Source of the DNA: an uncultured Gammaproteobacteria bacterium
GTDB taxonomy: Bacteria > Patescibacteriota > Microgenomatia > Levybacterales > UBA12049
Reading direction: 5' to 3'
NCBI GenBank assembly: GCA_964490105.1
Contig: CAZAZU010000003.1
Span: 245-64,244 of the forward strand
Length of the DNA stretch: 64,000 nt
Shown: in pieces, positions 1 through 9,789 of the stretch
Layout of the letters: each line of letters starts with the position of its first letter
Position numbering within the stretch: position 1 is the first letter of the stretch
Notes under the pieces: generated by a model
What the model was told of the DNA's origin: nothing
Seen by the model: the letters and a program-made list of their open reading frames with translations, nothing else
Database searches by the model: none
Made by a program: the position numbers and the translations under genes

Positions 1-1
1 C

Positions 2-514
2 TCTCCGGATTATGAACTAAGATGCGCTATTCTTCTTACTAAAGCTAAAAAGTTCAACTTTGATTTAGATATTGAGACGGCTAAGATTATCGCTCAAAAA
101 ACAGAGGACACAAGAGAACTCGAAGGACTTCTTTTAAGGGTTATGACCGAAGCCTCCAATGAAAACAGCGGTGCCAGTCCGGGATTAGCTGAAAAAGCGC
201 TTAAATCTAACGATGATCTTAGACGGGAGCTTCGACCTGAAGATGTAATCAATAGCATATGCGAGTTTTATCAGATCAAACCTACACAGCTTAAAGGAAC
301 CAAAAGAGATGCAAAATTAGTAAGAGCTAGGCAAGCTTGCATGTACGTATTAAAGAAGGAGAGTGGGCTAACTTTTTCTGAAATTGGAAATTTACTAGGC
401 GGAAGAGATCACACAACCATAATGCATGGGGTAGAAAAAATTGAAGGATTAATCTCTGCTCACAAGCTGACTGAAGAGTCACTGGGAATAAAAGAACTAA
501 GCCAAAAAAACTAA
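2..514 (+). CDS. dnaA: Chromosomal replication initiator DnaA (C-terminal part, 5' end outside window)
   Basis: Frame is open from base 2 (SPDYELRCAIL...TRELEGLL). Domain IV motif IGNLLGGRDHTTIMHG. Lies upstream of dnaN. Confidence 0.97.
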   Translation, partial: SPDYELRCAILLTKAKKFNFDLDIETAKIIAQKTEDTRELEGLLLRVMTEASNENSGASPGLAEKALKSNDDLRRELRPEDVINSICEFYQIKPTQLKGTKRDAKLVRARQACMYVLKKESGLTFSEIGNLLGGRDHTTIMHGVEKIEGLISAHKLTEESLGIKELSQKN

Positions 515-674
515 TGTTGAAAACTATTTTAAATTTATACACATATGAAAACTGAAAACTTATCAACCCGTAATCCACATAAGTTATCTACAAGTTATCC
601 ACATTTTTCTAGCCACGAATCGTTGCTTTTTTCCACTTTTCCTGGTAACCTACTACAACTACAAATTAATATAT
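515..674. other. Replication origin oriC
   Basis: dnaA-dnaN intergenic region. DnaA boxes TTATACACA 535-543, TTATCAACC 560-568, TAATCCACA 571-579, TTATCTACA 584-592, perfect TTATCCACA 595-603 and TTTTCCACT 629-637. DnaA-trio-like TAC TAC AAC TAC at 651-662, then an AT-rich tract. Confidence 0.9.
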
Positions 675-1790
675 ATGTTTAGAGCCACAGTATTATCTTC
701 TAATTTGAGAGCTGGGATATCTTTCGCAAATCATGCAATTTCTTCTAGAAGTCAGTTACCGATTCTTTTGAATTTTTTATTAAGCGCAAGAGACGGGAAT
801 GTGTTTATATCAGCTACAGATTTGGAAATAGGAATAATAATTAAAATTCCAGCAAAAGTAGAAGAAGAGGGAGAGGTAAGTATCTCCGCTAAGACATTTG
901 TAGACTTGGTTTCAAACATAGACCAGGAAAAGCTTACCCTTGAGCTTAAGGAAAATGTGTTAATGCTTCAGGCCGACAAGCTTAAAACCTCATTTCCAAC
1001 ACTTTTAGCCCAAGAATTCCCAAAGCTCTATGAAACAAAAGGGGAAAAGCAAGCCGAATTTAAGAAAGAAGAATTAGAGAAAGAAATACAGAAAATAGTT
1101 TTTTCCTCAGCGGGGGATATGGGTAGACCTGCTTTGTCAGGAGTTCTAATAAGAAAAAATTCAAACGGGGAAATTGTCGTAGTTGCAACAGATGGATATA
1201 GGTTGTCTTTGAAGCAGGGTTTATCTGAAAAATTAAAAGCAGGGGAGAGCATGGACCTTTTAGTTCCAGCCAGGGTAATTAAGGAACTAGCCGGTCTAAA
1301 AGAGGAGAGCGAGAACATCACTCTTTATGTGGTAAAAGAGGGAAACCAGGTGCTGTTTGAGTGCGGAGATGCGACAATTATCGGGAGGCTTATTGAAGCA
1401 GAATATCCCGATTACCAGAAGATAATTCCAGACGAGTCTACAACTAAAGCAGTTTTTGATAAAAACCAAGCCCATCAGGCTGTTAGGGCATGTTCTGTGT
1501 TTGCAAGGGAAGCTGCAAATATCGTAAAAATGAACATTGGAAACGGAAAAGTGGTTTTTTCCGCAAGCGCGTCCTCGGTGGGGGAGAATGAGGTAGAAAT
1601 TGAAGCAAAAACAACTGGGGAAGAGAACGAAATAGCGTTTAATGCTAGATATTTACTTGAGTTTTTCTCAGCAATTGACGGAGAAGAGGTGTCGTTTGAG
1701 ATGACAGGACCGCTTAGTCCGGGAGTATTTAAGATTGAAAAAGAACCATCATATCTCCACCTAATAATGCCGATCAGAATTACAGACTAG
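675..1790 (+). CDS. dnaN: DNA polymerase III beta sliding clamp
   Basis: Motifs SATDLEIGI, VATDGYRLS, YPDYQKIIP, AFNARYL and HLIMPIR. Confidence 0.98.
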   Translation: MFRATVLSSNLRAGISFANHAISSRSQLPILLNFLLSARDGNVFISATDLEIGIIIKIPAKVEEEGEVSISAKTFVDLVSNIDQEKLTLELKENVLMLQADKLKTSFPTLLAQEFPKLYETKGEKQAEFKKEELEKEIQKIVFSSAGDMGRPALSGVLIRKNSNGEIVVVATDGYRLSLKQGLSEKLKAGESMDLLVPARVIKELAGLKEESENITLYVVKEGNQVLFECGDATIIGRLIEAEYPDYQKIIPDESTTKAVFDKNQAHQAVRACSVFAREAANIVKMNIGNGKVVFSASASSVGENEVEIEAKTTGEENEIAFNARYLLEFFSAIDGEEVSFEMTGPLSPGVFKIEKEPSYLHLIMPIRITD

Positions 1791-1793
1791 ATT

Positions 1794-2363
1794 TTATTCT
1801 AATCCATGGTTTGGTTTCTCAAAACCCAATTCAAGAGGTTTGGCAACGTTCTTTAGGAATTCTTCACGGCTTTGAGGTGAGAAATAGATTATTTTAACAA
1901 TATCCTCATCGTTAAACGATGAAATTCCAACCCCACCGTCGAGAAAAATGTAATATGAGATAACCTCATCGTAAGGATCATACATTTTTAAATCTGGTTC
2001 TCCATACTTTTTTTTATAGTCACTTAATTTCCCTCTGGAAGAATCGAAGACATTTTCAACGGAATACTTAACCTTATCATTTTCAATAGTTATTGAATTT
2101 TTATAATCTTCAGAACGAGTATTGTATAAAAGATTGGTTCTGTTCCCGTCTTCTTCTATCGAAACAGGCTCTCCTTTTAGTTTGACAACGTCTTCTCTTG
2201 AAGCTTCTCCTGGTTTTAGTTTTTCGAAATCGCTAGTTTTACTAAATATATTATTGACAGCGCCGTCTGTAGTAAATATCAAAAAAGAGATTATTATAAA
2301 AATTATAATGAATGTTCCCGCGAGGGTAATTAATAGTTTGTCAGAAATGTTTAACCTGTTCAT
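1794..2363 (-). CDS. Membrane-anchored hypothetical protein (two SmpA/BLIP-like half repeats)
   Basis: N-terminal TM helix. Repeated 'VVKLKGEP' / 'KKKYGEPD' motif. Last gene of the T4SS-like operon. Confidence 0.6.
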   Translation of the reverse strand: MNRLNISDKLLITLAGTFIIIFIIISFLIFTTDGAVNNIFSKTSDFEKLKPGEASREDVVKLKGEPVSIEEDGNRTNLLYNTRSEDYKNSITIENDKVKYSVENVFDSSRGKLSDYKKKYGEPDLKMYDPYDEVISYYIFLDGGVGISSFNDEDIVKIIYFSPQSREEFLKNVAKPLELGFEKPNHGLE

Positions 2364-2365
2364 TA

Positions 2366-3184
2366 TTAGTTAAATTCGTATCCTCCGTATACATTATCTT
2401 TTGCCCATTTATAGATTGATGGACATTCATTTTTAAAGTTATTTATATTGGCATATTCTCCGTCTTTTTTATTATACACGTATAATGCCATAGCTTCAGC
2501 GCTCGATTCGCTTACAAGCGAATAGGAAGACAAGCCTCTTCTGTTGTATGTCTTAATAACACCTTCTGAGGCAAAGCAATTAGGGTCTTCTCTCATAAGT
2601 CTTGTTCTTGGAAACTCCTGCTGAAGGAGTCTGTAATGCCTTTGCTTCATTAAATGACCGGTTTCATGAAGATATAGGAATGCATAAGGAGCGAACGTAC
2701 TAGTTGCGATTTTTGAACAATTGCTAAATTTAATAACCTGTGAATCATAAACTCTGCCCGCTGCTCCCAACACGCTGCTGTTGTTATAGCACTCGATGGA
2801 AAACTTATCGCCTGGTTCAAGGAGCTTAAGGAATCTTGAAGACGCTGAAGGTATTCTATATGCTTTATGAATTCCTTGTCTGGCAGCGCAATTTACGTTT
2901 TCGGCGGGAGCATAATTGTCAGGCCATCCGCTTCCTCCCTCTTTTATTATTACGCCAAAATCGTCTCTTAATCTTTGGTCTATGCTTCCGCAGTCGGGGG
3001 CTGGTCCTGTGTCTGGGCCTGGGTTTGGACCAGGGTCGCCCTCGTCGCTTCCCAGCCCTACGATGGTAGTAACAGCATCGATAATAAAGTTTTCCTGAGA
3101 TTGTGCGAGCGCTGATTTAGAAAAACTCAAAAAAGTAATCAGGGCAACAACCAAAAACAAAAAAATTTTTTTCACTCCAAACAT
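2366..3184 (-). CDS. Secreted zinc metallopeptidase-like protein
   Basis: Signal peptide (..SALA-QS). HExxH motif LHETGH with downstream ESSAEA as candidate third ligand. Confidence 0.65.
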   Translation of the reverse strand: MFGVKKIFLFLVVALITFLSFSKSALAQSQENFIIDAVTTIVGLGSDEGDPGPNPGPDTGPAPDCGSIDQRLRDDFGVIIKEGGSGWPDNYAPAENVNCAARQGIHKAYRIPSASSRFLKLLEPGDKFSIECYNNSSVLGAAGRVYDSQVIKFSNCSKIATSTFAPYAFLYLHETGHLMKQRHYRLLQQEFPRTRLMREDPNCFASEGVIKTYNRRGLSSYSLVSESSAEAMALYVYNKKDGEYANINNFKNECPSIYKWAKDNVYGGYEFN

Positions 3185-3222
3185 ATTTTATGCACTTAAA
3201 AAATAAAAAAGCAAATTAACAT

Positions 3223-5745
3223 TTAATTATTAACTACGCGAGGAATGCATGAATTGTTGCAGGCAGCCGGGGTTTGAATTTTTCGCGCATCTTCTATGTC
3301 TCCACAAAGCTTGCGATTGTTTCTGTATTTTGGATAATAGCAAAAGCAGTATGCCGTTTGCCAGGCCTCGAAATTGTTGCCAAGGCCAGCTTGAACTTTA
3401 TTGTATGAGACTGCGTTTTGAGCTTGTCTTTGCCATGGGACATCTCCCTTTGTATTTTTTTCCTCATTCCATGGCTTGAAAGGATCTACTCGTCCATTTG
3501 TGTAGCTTGAGTCCATTTGAAAATGTCCCCAGGTGTTATTACTTGATCCATATCCATTGGGGCCGTTGCCTACGGATTCGCATTGAGCTATTTTTACGAA
3601 GAAGTCTACTTTTTCCGGATCACTTTCAAAGCGAGACAATACCTGTCGTAGTTTTTCAAGAGAGAAGTTGCATAAGGGATCTCCGAAATTTGCAGCATTC
3701 ACGTTAAATCTTCTTCGGATAGTGCTCATAATACTTGCATAGTTGGCATTCCCGCAGTCGTCTGTTGTTGGCGGGCTATTTGCGCCTTCAAACAGGTCTC
3801 CGCTGTCATCAGGAGTTGAGATTTCCGCAGCGCACCCCTCAATATATATTCGATTAGTGATGGTTACGTCGTCTTCGGGGTTAATAGTTATCTTGAAAGT
3901 AAAGCTCATGGGGGCAAATCCTTTACTTGACGCTAGGTTTTCTGTTAGCTTCCATTTCACGATCGTTTCTGGATCTGAATCAATTCTATAGCTGCCAGTT
4001 GTAAGCTCAGATCCTTCTACGAGGGTTGACTGCGGCGGGATCGCATCTACGAATGTAATGTCCTCAAGATCGCATTTCGCTTCGCGTGAATCATGAATCA
4101 GCCCAATTTGATAGGTAATATTCTCGCCGTTTGATATTTCGCGAGGCCCGACCTTAAAATAAGAAATACCCGCATAAGGACTCTCTACAATAGCCTCCTC
4201 AGGTATAAGAGTATCGTCTCCTGACGGGGCAAAGAATATGGAAAAAATCGTTATAACAAGAAAAATTATTAATGCAATTAGGATTGCAAGCGGTAGGCTA
4301 ACGGCTGAAAGGGAGACGCCAATGCCTGTTAAAATTTTCGCAAGCACTATGGACGCAACACTTATAACTGTTCCTCCGATTCCTAAAATACTACCGGCAA
4401 TTGCGCTAAGCGCTGTGGTAAAAACTCCTCCGATGGCGCTGGCAACAGAGCCGATCAAGGATCTTTTAAACAAATTCAGAAGAAAATTCAGGGGATTAGT
4501 TAAGTTTTTTAATTTTTTACTAGCTAGATTAAGTCTTGAACTTAGTTTTCCAAGTTTCGTTTTTTGAAAACGTTGCCCTATCTTAGAATTGACAGCTCTG
4601 TGTTGTGCACTTGCTATTGCCCTGCTTCTAATTTGTCCCGGGGAGTAGTAGACTAATTTGCTGCGGAGAGTTTTATTGGCCTGGGGGGGCGCTGACTGAC
4701 CCCCTTTTAACGTATTCGGAGTAGTTTTATTTGCAAGAGTGTTTGGGGGTTGTGCGCCCGGTAGGGTATTAGATGGAATAGGAGTCCATGCTGTTGTGTT
4801 GGGCTGTGCTTGCTGCGAGGGGTTTAAGGGCTGGGGAATATTTGCAGTTGGATTTCTCCTAAGCGCTTTTGATAATCTGCTTTGATTTTGAATAGCTGCG
4901 GCTTCATCTCTTTGTCTTCTTCTTTCAATTGCGGCATAAAGCTCTGGGTCATTATATTTTTGCGCCCATTCTCTTGCGAGCTTTGGTGAATGTAGGGCTA
5001 TGTGGTCATGGATTTCTTCATTGGAACGAGAAATTGACATCGCTCGATCCCCGGTTCTTCTAGAAGGGTCTTTTTGATCCCATGCTTTTGTAGCGTTTGC
5101 TACATATTGTTTCCGTATTTGATCGAACTGAGCGTAGTCAAGATTTTTTCCCCTTGCGTCCCATCTGTTGATTGCCTGAGCAAGCTCCATATCGTTCGGG
5201 TTTTTACTTGCCCACTCTCTGGCCTTTTTCTCAAAATATCCCACGAGATAATCGTGTCTTTCGGCTTCCGCACGGTCATATGCCTCCTGCTGAGTGCCCG
5301 CCCTATTTGGATCTTTTTTTCTTTTTGGGTTTTTTTGAAGCTTTTTTTCCTCTTTTTCCCAGCGTTTTGCAAAAATTTCTCCGTATTCATTAGAGTGTTT
5401 CTTGAATTGCTCGTAAGTCATTTCTTTGTCTCGTAAAAGTTTTATTCCTCCAATTGTCAATCCTACCGCACCTAGTCCAGGCAGAGTAGATGATGTTTCT
5501 TTTGATGTGGAGGGTTTTGCTGATTCAATTGATATTTCAGCGCCTAAGGACCTTGCTGTTCCAAGATCTGCCCTCCCCTGCCAAAGCCCTAATGAATTTA
5601 GAAGTCCATTGTTCGTTAAGATTTTTTCGAATTCTGCAAAGTCTTTAGTTGTTAAGATTGCGTTTTGATCAGCAGGGGAGAGGTTTTCGATTTGCTTAGC
5701 AAACCATCTAGCATTCTCTATGATTAATTTTGAATCATCGGCCAT
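3223..5745 (-). CDS. Large membrane protein with DUF11/Ig-like and C-terminal lysozyme/transglycosylase-like domain (VirB1-like)
   Basis: Hydrophobic Gly/Ala-rich TM block. DUF11-like GENITYQI..FVDAIP. C-terminal KIAQCES..G..WGHFQM resembles an SLT/Rpf catalytic motif. Directly downstream of virB4. Confidence 0.6.
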   Translation of the reverse strand: MADDSKLIIENARWFAKQIENLSPADQNAILTTKDFAEFEKILTNNGLLNSLGLWQGRADLGTARSLGAEISIESAKPSTSKETSSTLPGLGAVGLTIGGIKLLRDKEMTYEQFKKHSNEYGEIFAKRWEKEEKKLQKNPKRKKDPNRAGTQQEAYDRAEAERHDYLVGYFEKKAREWASKNPNDMELAQAINRWDARGKNLDYAQFDQIRKQYVANATKAWDQKDPSRRTGDRAMSISRSNEEIHDHIALHSPKLAREWAQKYNDPELYAAIERRRQRDEAAAIQNQSRLSKALRRNPTANIPQPLNPSQQAQPNTTAWTPIPSNTLPGAQPPNTLANKTTPNTLKGGQSAPPQANKTLRSKLVYYSPGQIRSRAIASAQHRAVNSKIGQRFQKTKLGKLSSRLNLASKKLKNLTNPLNFLLNLFKRSLIGSVASAIGGVFTTALSAIAGSILGIGGTVISVASIVLAKILTGIGVSLSAVSLPLAILIALIIFLVITIFSIFFAPSGDDTLIPEEAIVESPYAGISYFKVGPREISNGENITYQIGLIHDSREAKCDLEDITFVDAIPPQSTLVEGSELTTGSYRIDSDPETIVKWKLTENLASSKGFAPMSFTFKITINPEDDVTITNRIYIEGCAAEISTPDDSGDLFEGANSPPTTDDCGNANYASIMSTIRRRFNVNAANFGDPLCNFSLEKLRQVLSRFESDPEKVDFFVKIAQCESVGNGPNGYGSSNNTWGHFQMDSSYTNGRVDPFKPWNEEKNTKGDVPWQRQAQNAVSYNKVQAGLGNNFEAWQTAYCFCYYPKYRNNRKLCGDIEDARKIQTPAACNNSCIPRVVNN

Positions 5746-5747
5746 AG

Positions 5748-7724
5748 TTACGTGCTTTTATCAAAATCGGAAAACCCAGGAATAACTTGAGGCTGAGGCG
5801 AAGCTTGAACGCTTGAAATGCCACTATTTGCGCTCGGCTGCTGAATGGGTTGAGCGTTCAATTCTGGACCTGGTAATCCTGACGTGTTTGCAAATGAAGT
5901 ATCGTTCATTATTTTTTCCTGCTGAGCCCTTTTTAGAAGTTCCTCGGGATTTGAGGTTATTAAATTGTGCTCGAAGGGGGCCGAAAGAACCTTCATAGAT
6001 ACATGACTTTGACCTGCGAAAAATAGTCCTTCCCCGACATTTGCCGAAAGAAGAAGCTGTTTTTCTTGCTCTGAAAGATAAAAAATCTCCGATACTAGAT
6101 CAACTTCGGTAGGGCTTTGCTTTAAAAGCATTTGAATGGATGAGTTGGAAAGTATTGCTTTTCCATAGTCAGTAGAAAGAAAATCTTGAACATCTTGCGT
6201 TGCGGTAGTTAATGCTAAGTAGTATTTTCTCGCTCTCTTAGCTACCCCATGGATAAAAGAGGCTGAATCTTGGTATTTCATTAAATACCATGCCTCATCT
6301 AAAACCAATAGACGTTTTTTGAGGTCTTTTCTAACCCTTGTCCAAATAAAATCTAAGATTATATGCATGGCAACAGGGCGTAGTTGATCTTCAAGTCCCT
6401 GAGTGGAAAAAGCTGTAAGAGGATTTTTGATATCGAAATTTGATTGTTGGTTAAAGATTCCCGCCATGCTCCCTTTTATAAATTTTTCCAGCCTTAGAGC
6501 AAGATCCCTTGATACTTGATCTTCATTCCCAATCAAAACCTTATAAAGGTCTTCCATGAGGGGTGGTTCCTTGGTTTGCGTAGTTGGATCTGCGGTGATC
6601 CCCTTTTGCTTATAGGTTTCGACTAGTGCTCTGTCTAATATTGCGTCATATGAAGCGTCAAGGTCTCCCATGACTATCCTAAGAAGCGCATGAAGCGATA
6701 AGATTTTAAGACCCAACTCGTTTTCTCCCTCTTCATATCTTCCTGAAAGATCAAACGGATTAATTTTAACGGGTGAAGCTGGAGTAAACTCTATGTATTC
6801 TCCTCCCATGGTTCTTGTTAGAATTCCATATTCGCCTTCAGGGTCTATTACTATCACTTCGGTTCCAAACATAAACTGCCTCATGACCTCAAGTTTTATT
6901 AAATACGATTTTCCGGATCCTGATTTTCCAAAAACTACTTCGTTTCCGTTCTCAAGAGAATAGCGGTCGAAAATTATAAGCGAGCCGTTAAGTTGATTAA
7001 TTCCATACATTACGCCTTTGTCTTGCGTTAATGTGGCAGAAGTGAAAGGGAAAGTGGACGCAAGGGACGTGGTATCCATATTTCTGGGAAGAAATAATTG
7101 ATCTTCGGCTAAAGGAATTGTAGATTTGAATCCGTCTTCCATTTGAAGCGTGGCTGGTTTTGCTATAACAAGAATAGAGGCGAGTAGAGTCTTAAGTCTT
7201 TTAGATGCCTCATCAAGCTCGTGTTTTTCTTCCGATACTAAGGTGATGTAAAGACTGAATTGAAAGAATCTCTCAATACCTTTCGCTAGCTCTTCCTGTA
7301 CCGCGAGCGCATCTTCAAGAGCTGCTTGTACCTTAGGGTCTAAAACTTTATTGTTTTGCTGTTGCTCCATTAAGGTTGCTTCCATTTCACCAATCTTCCT
7401 TCTCAGGTCATCAAGAGCATCGGGAGATGACGTTGGATAGCAGAACATTGAGATATTTAAGGAATGATCGAAATCAATTAATGGCTCAAGCCAATTTGGA
7501 GAAACAAATCTGGGATATCCTACCACAAAAAAAGTTTTATAGAATTTTTCTCCTACGCGAATATGCCCAAAATCTACCTCAATCGATGCTGGAGCGATTA
7601 TGTCAGTAACAGAATTCATTCCCCTTTCGATTCTGTTTATCCCTGCATTTGCTGGATGAGCCGTTGCCCCAGGGATAGAATGTTGTGGGGATTGAATTGT
7701 TTTATTTTTGTTAAATAATTTCAT
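5748..7724 (-). CDS. virB4: VirB4-family conjugation/T4SS ATPase
   Basis: Walker A GKSGSGKS, IDPEGEY, INPFD, Walker B LVLDEAW, KRARKY, ATQDVQDF. Confidence 0.9.
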   Translation of the reverse strand: MKLFNKNKTIQSPQHSIPGATAHPANAGINRIERGMNSVTDIIAPASIEVDFGHIRVGEKFYKTFFVVGYPRFVSPNWLEPLIDFDHSLNISMFCYPTSSPDALDDLRRKIGEMEATLMEQQQNNKVLDPKVQAALEDALAVQEELAKGIERFFQFSLYITLVSEEKHELDEASKRLKTLLASILVIAKPATLQMEDGFKSTIPLAEDQLFLPRNMDTTSLASTFPFTSATLTQDKGVMYGINQLNGSLIIFDRYSLENGNEVVFGKSGSGKSYLIKLEVMRQFMFGTEVIVIDPEGEYGILTRTMGGEYIEFTPASPVKINPFDLSGRYEEGENELGLKILSLHALLRIVMGDLDASYDAILDRALVETYKQKGITADPTTQTKEPPLMEDLYKVLIGNEDQVSRDLALRLEKFIKGSMAGIFNQQSNFDIKNPLTAFSTQGLEDQLRPVAMHIILDFIWTRVRKDLKKRLLVLDEAWYLMKYQDSASFIHGVAKRARKYYLALTTATQDVQDFLSTDYGKAILSNSSIQMLLKQSPTEVDLVSEIFYLSEQEKQLLLSANVGEGLFFAGQSHVSMKVLSAPFEHNLITSNPEELLKRAQQEKIMNDTSFANTSGLPGPELNAQPIQQPSANSGISSVQASPQPQVIPGFSDFDKST

Positions 7725-8383
7725 TTTACTAGCCCTGTGTTTGGTTTTGCGCCCTTAACAATGGTGTCGCTAATGCCGTCTGAGATATGGGCACCACTGT
7801 CAGAATTGTAAATTTCATAAAAAAGCCTAATGAGTTCGTTTTTTTCAAGAATTTTTGATTTTACACCTGCTCTCATGAGCTCCTGAATGACAGATTGAGC
7901 TTTTGACATAAGAAGATTTCTAGCGTCAATGATTACCGCTTGTTTATTTTTAGCGTTTGAGACGCCACTGACTCCTTTTTCGAGAAAGGAAAATGAAATA
8001 GCAATATAGAATTTTTTATCAAGCACAGACTTATCGCGAACGAGTTGCGAGACAAAATCCTTATACATATTTATTTGAGCTGCAAGATTTGGATTAAGAG
8101 CTTTTTGAGCCTGCTGTTCCAGGAGCGTTACATATGAGCTTATGTCTAATTTTCTGCTTAAAATAACAATCTGAATCGGAAAAGAAAGGGAGTTTAGAAG
8201 GGAGGCATATGAAAGAATTTTTGCCTGCTGTTCTTCGTTTGATTGTAAAGCAAAATTTGTAGCTACGATCTCCATAATCAGGCAGGCATTCCCTCCAGAA
8301 AGAATAACCATATTTTCAACAATGTCTTCGATTTCTATAAATTTTTGCGTTGTTGCAGTTATTTTCTGAGCAGAGTTTTTCAT
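7721..8383 (-). CDS. Conserved T4SS-locus protein (TraC/VirB4 N-region-like)
   Basis: NFALQSNEEQ..YASLLNSLSFPIQI pattern. Lies between prgI and virB4 with overlapping stop/start codons. Confidence 0.7.
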   Translation of the reverse strand: MKNSAQKITATTQKFIEIEDIVENMVILSGGNACLIMEIVATNFALQSNEEQQAKILSYASLLNSLSFPIQIVILSRKLDISSYVTLLEQQAQKALNPNLAAQINMYKDFVSQLVRDKSVLDKKFYIAISFSFLEKGVSGVSNAKNKQAVIIDARNLLMSKAQSVIQELMRAGVKSKILEKNELIRLFYEIYNSDSGAHISDGISDTIVKGAKPNTGLVK

Positions 8384-9654
8384 TAGTTAAAAAGCTCCCT
8401 TCTTAATTCTTCTCTTGAGTCAACCGAGAGTATCTCAAGCGGCATAATAGGTGCGCCCGTAGCTTCAATTTCCACCGCATCGAATCTGTTTTGAGCTTTA
8501 GGATCTTCAAATGTGATTATGTATTTCCCGTTTGAAAGGGAGGTGGCAGCTGCGAATTGCCCAAGTCCGTTAGTTTTAAACGCTCTTACAGGGTTGTCCT
8601 GAGGATCTTTAACCTCTACGAGTATATTGGGTAAGGGATTACCTCGGGGATCCTTTACAATGCCTGTTATGAGATTTGGCTCTTGTGTGGCAGCGGGAAT
8701 TCCTATGCTTTTTTCCATTCCCGGAGGAACTTTTCTTACCCTCTGAGTTTGGGGAAGGGTATTAAGAGTTGTAGGATTAAACTTAGGTTGGGTTTGTCCT
8801 TCGAGCTTTGCCTTAAGCGATAAAAGTTCTTTTTCAAGCTCCTCTCTCTGTCTTGTAGCTTCAATTAATGCTTTTTCAAGTTCCTGAGTTTTTTGATGCA
8901 TGGTTCCAGCATTTGCGATATTAGTTTCTGTGTTCTCGAGCGCTTTTGCTTCCTCAAGCTCTTTTTGAAGCGTAGATACTTCAGCTTCGAGCTTTTTTTC
9001 GTTTTCTTCAATTTTTTCTTCAGCTTCCTCAGCTTTTGCATCAACAAGGTCATCTAGGTTCCCTGAAAGCATTGCTGGCTGAGTATTATCCGGAAGCTCT
9101 ACCACTTTGCCAGGCATATCAGTTGGAGCTTGAGTAGGCGGAGCTGGTTGAATTTGCGGTTGAATTGCCTGGATCTGAGGTGATTCTTGGGCAGGTTGGG
9201 GCATTTGCTGAAAGACTTGGAGTGGTTGTTGAATAGGCTGCTGAGCAATTGCCTGAACGGGCTGCGCCTGTTGGGGCTTAGTCTGTTCTTGCTGATTACT
9301 TAATATAATATTTTGAGGCCGAGCTTGTTGAATAGTCTGATTGGGGACTGAAGCAAGACTGCCTCCTGATTTTTTATAAATATATTGAGTTGGTGCAAAC
9401 ATAGCCTTGATTAGATTAATAATCATTACATCTAGGGGTCGTCCGTCTACGGGTATGAAGGCTAAGGCTACTCCTAATCCCAGGAACAGGAGCGCCAATG
9501 GGAGTTTAATTATAAGGAAAATAGGTAGTATAAAAAAACAAAACCATGCTAGGACAGTGCCTCCAGCTAGATATGCAAATTGCTTAACGGTCATATTGCC
9601 GATAAGCTTAAATTGAAACCCCGTAATGTCTTGCGGTATTGGATGATTCTCCAT
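8383..9654 (-). CDS. PrgI-family (VirB3-like) protein with Q/P-rich linker, coiled coil and C-terminal CarboxypepD_reg-like domain
   Basis: HPIPQDITGFQFKLIGNMTVKQF plus 2 TM and 'GRPLD'. C-terminal GIVKDPRGNPLPN..TNGLGQF. ATG start taken at 9654. Confidence 0.8.
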   Translation of the reverse strand: MENHPIPQDITGFQFKLIGNMTVKQFAYLAGGTVLAWFCFFILPIFLIIKLPLALLFLGLGVALAFIPVDGRPLDVMIINLIKAMFAPTQYIYKKSGGSLASVPNQTIQQARPQNIILSNQQEQTKPQQAQPVQAIAQQPIQQPLQVFQQMPQPAQESPQIQAIQPQIQPAPPTQAPTDMPGKVVELPDNTQPAMLSGNLDDLVDAKAEEAEEKIEENEKKLEAEVSTLQKELEEAKALENTETNIANAGTMHQKTQELEKALIEATRQREELEKELLSLKAKLEGQTQPKFNPTTLNTLPQTQRVRKVPPGMEKSIGIPAATQEPNLITGIVKDPRGNPLPNILVEVKDPQDNPVRAFKTNGLGQFAAATSLSNGKYIITFEDPKAQNRFDAVEIEATGAPIMPLEILSVDSREELRRELFN

Positions 9655-9789
9655 AGGCAGCAAACAAAATAACTACTAGTATCTAGTACCTATTTACTAG
9701 CTAATAGAATATAACGTGAAAAAAAGGGATTCAAGGCGATCGAAATAGATCAGTTTTAGAGAAAAATGAAGCTAATTGTGAAAACCTCT

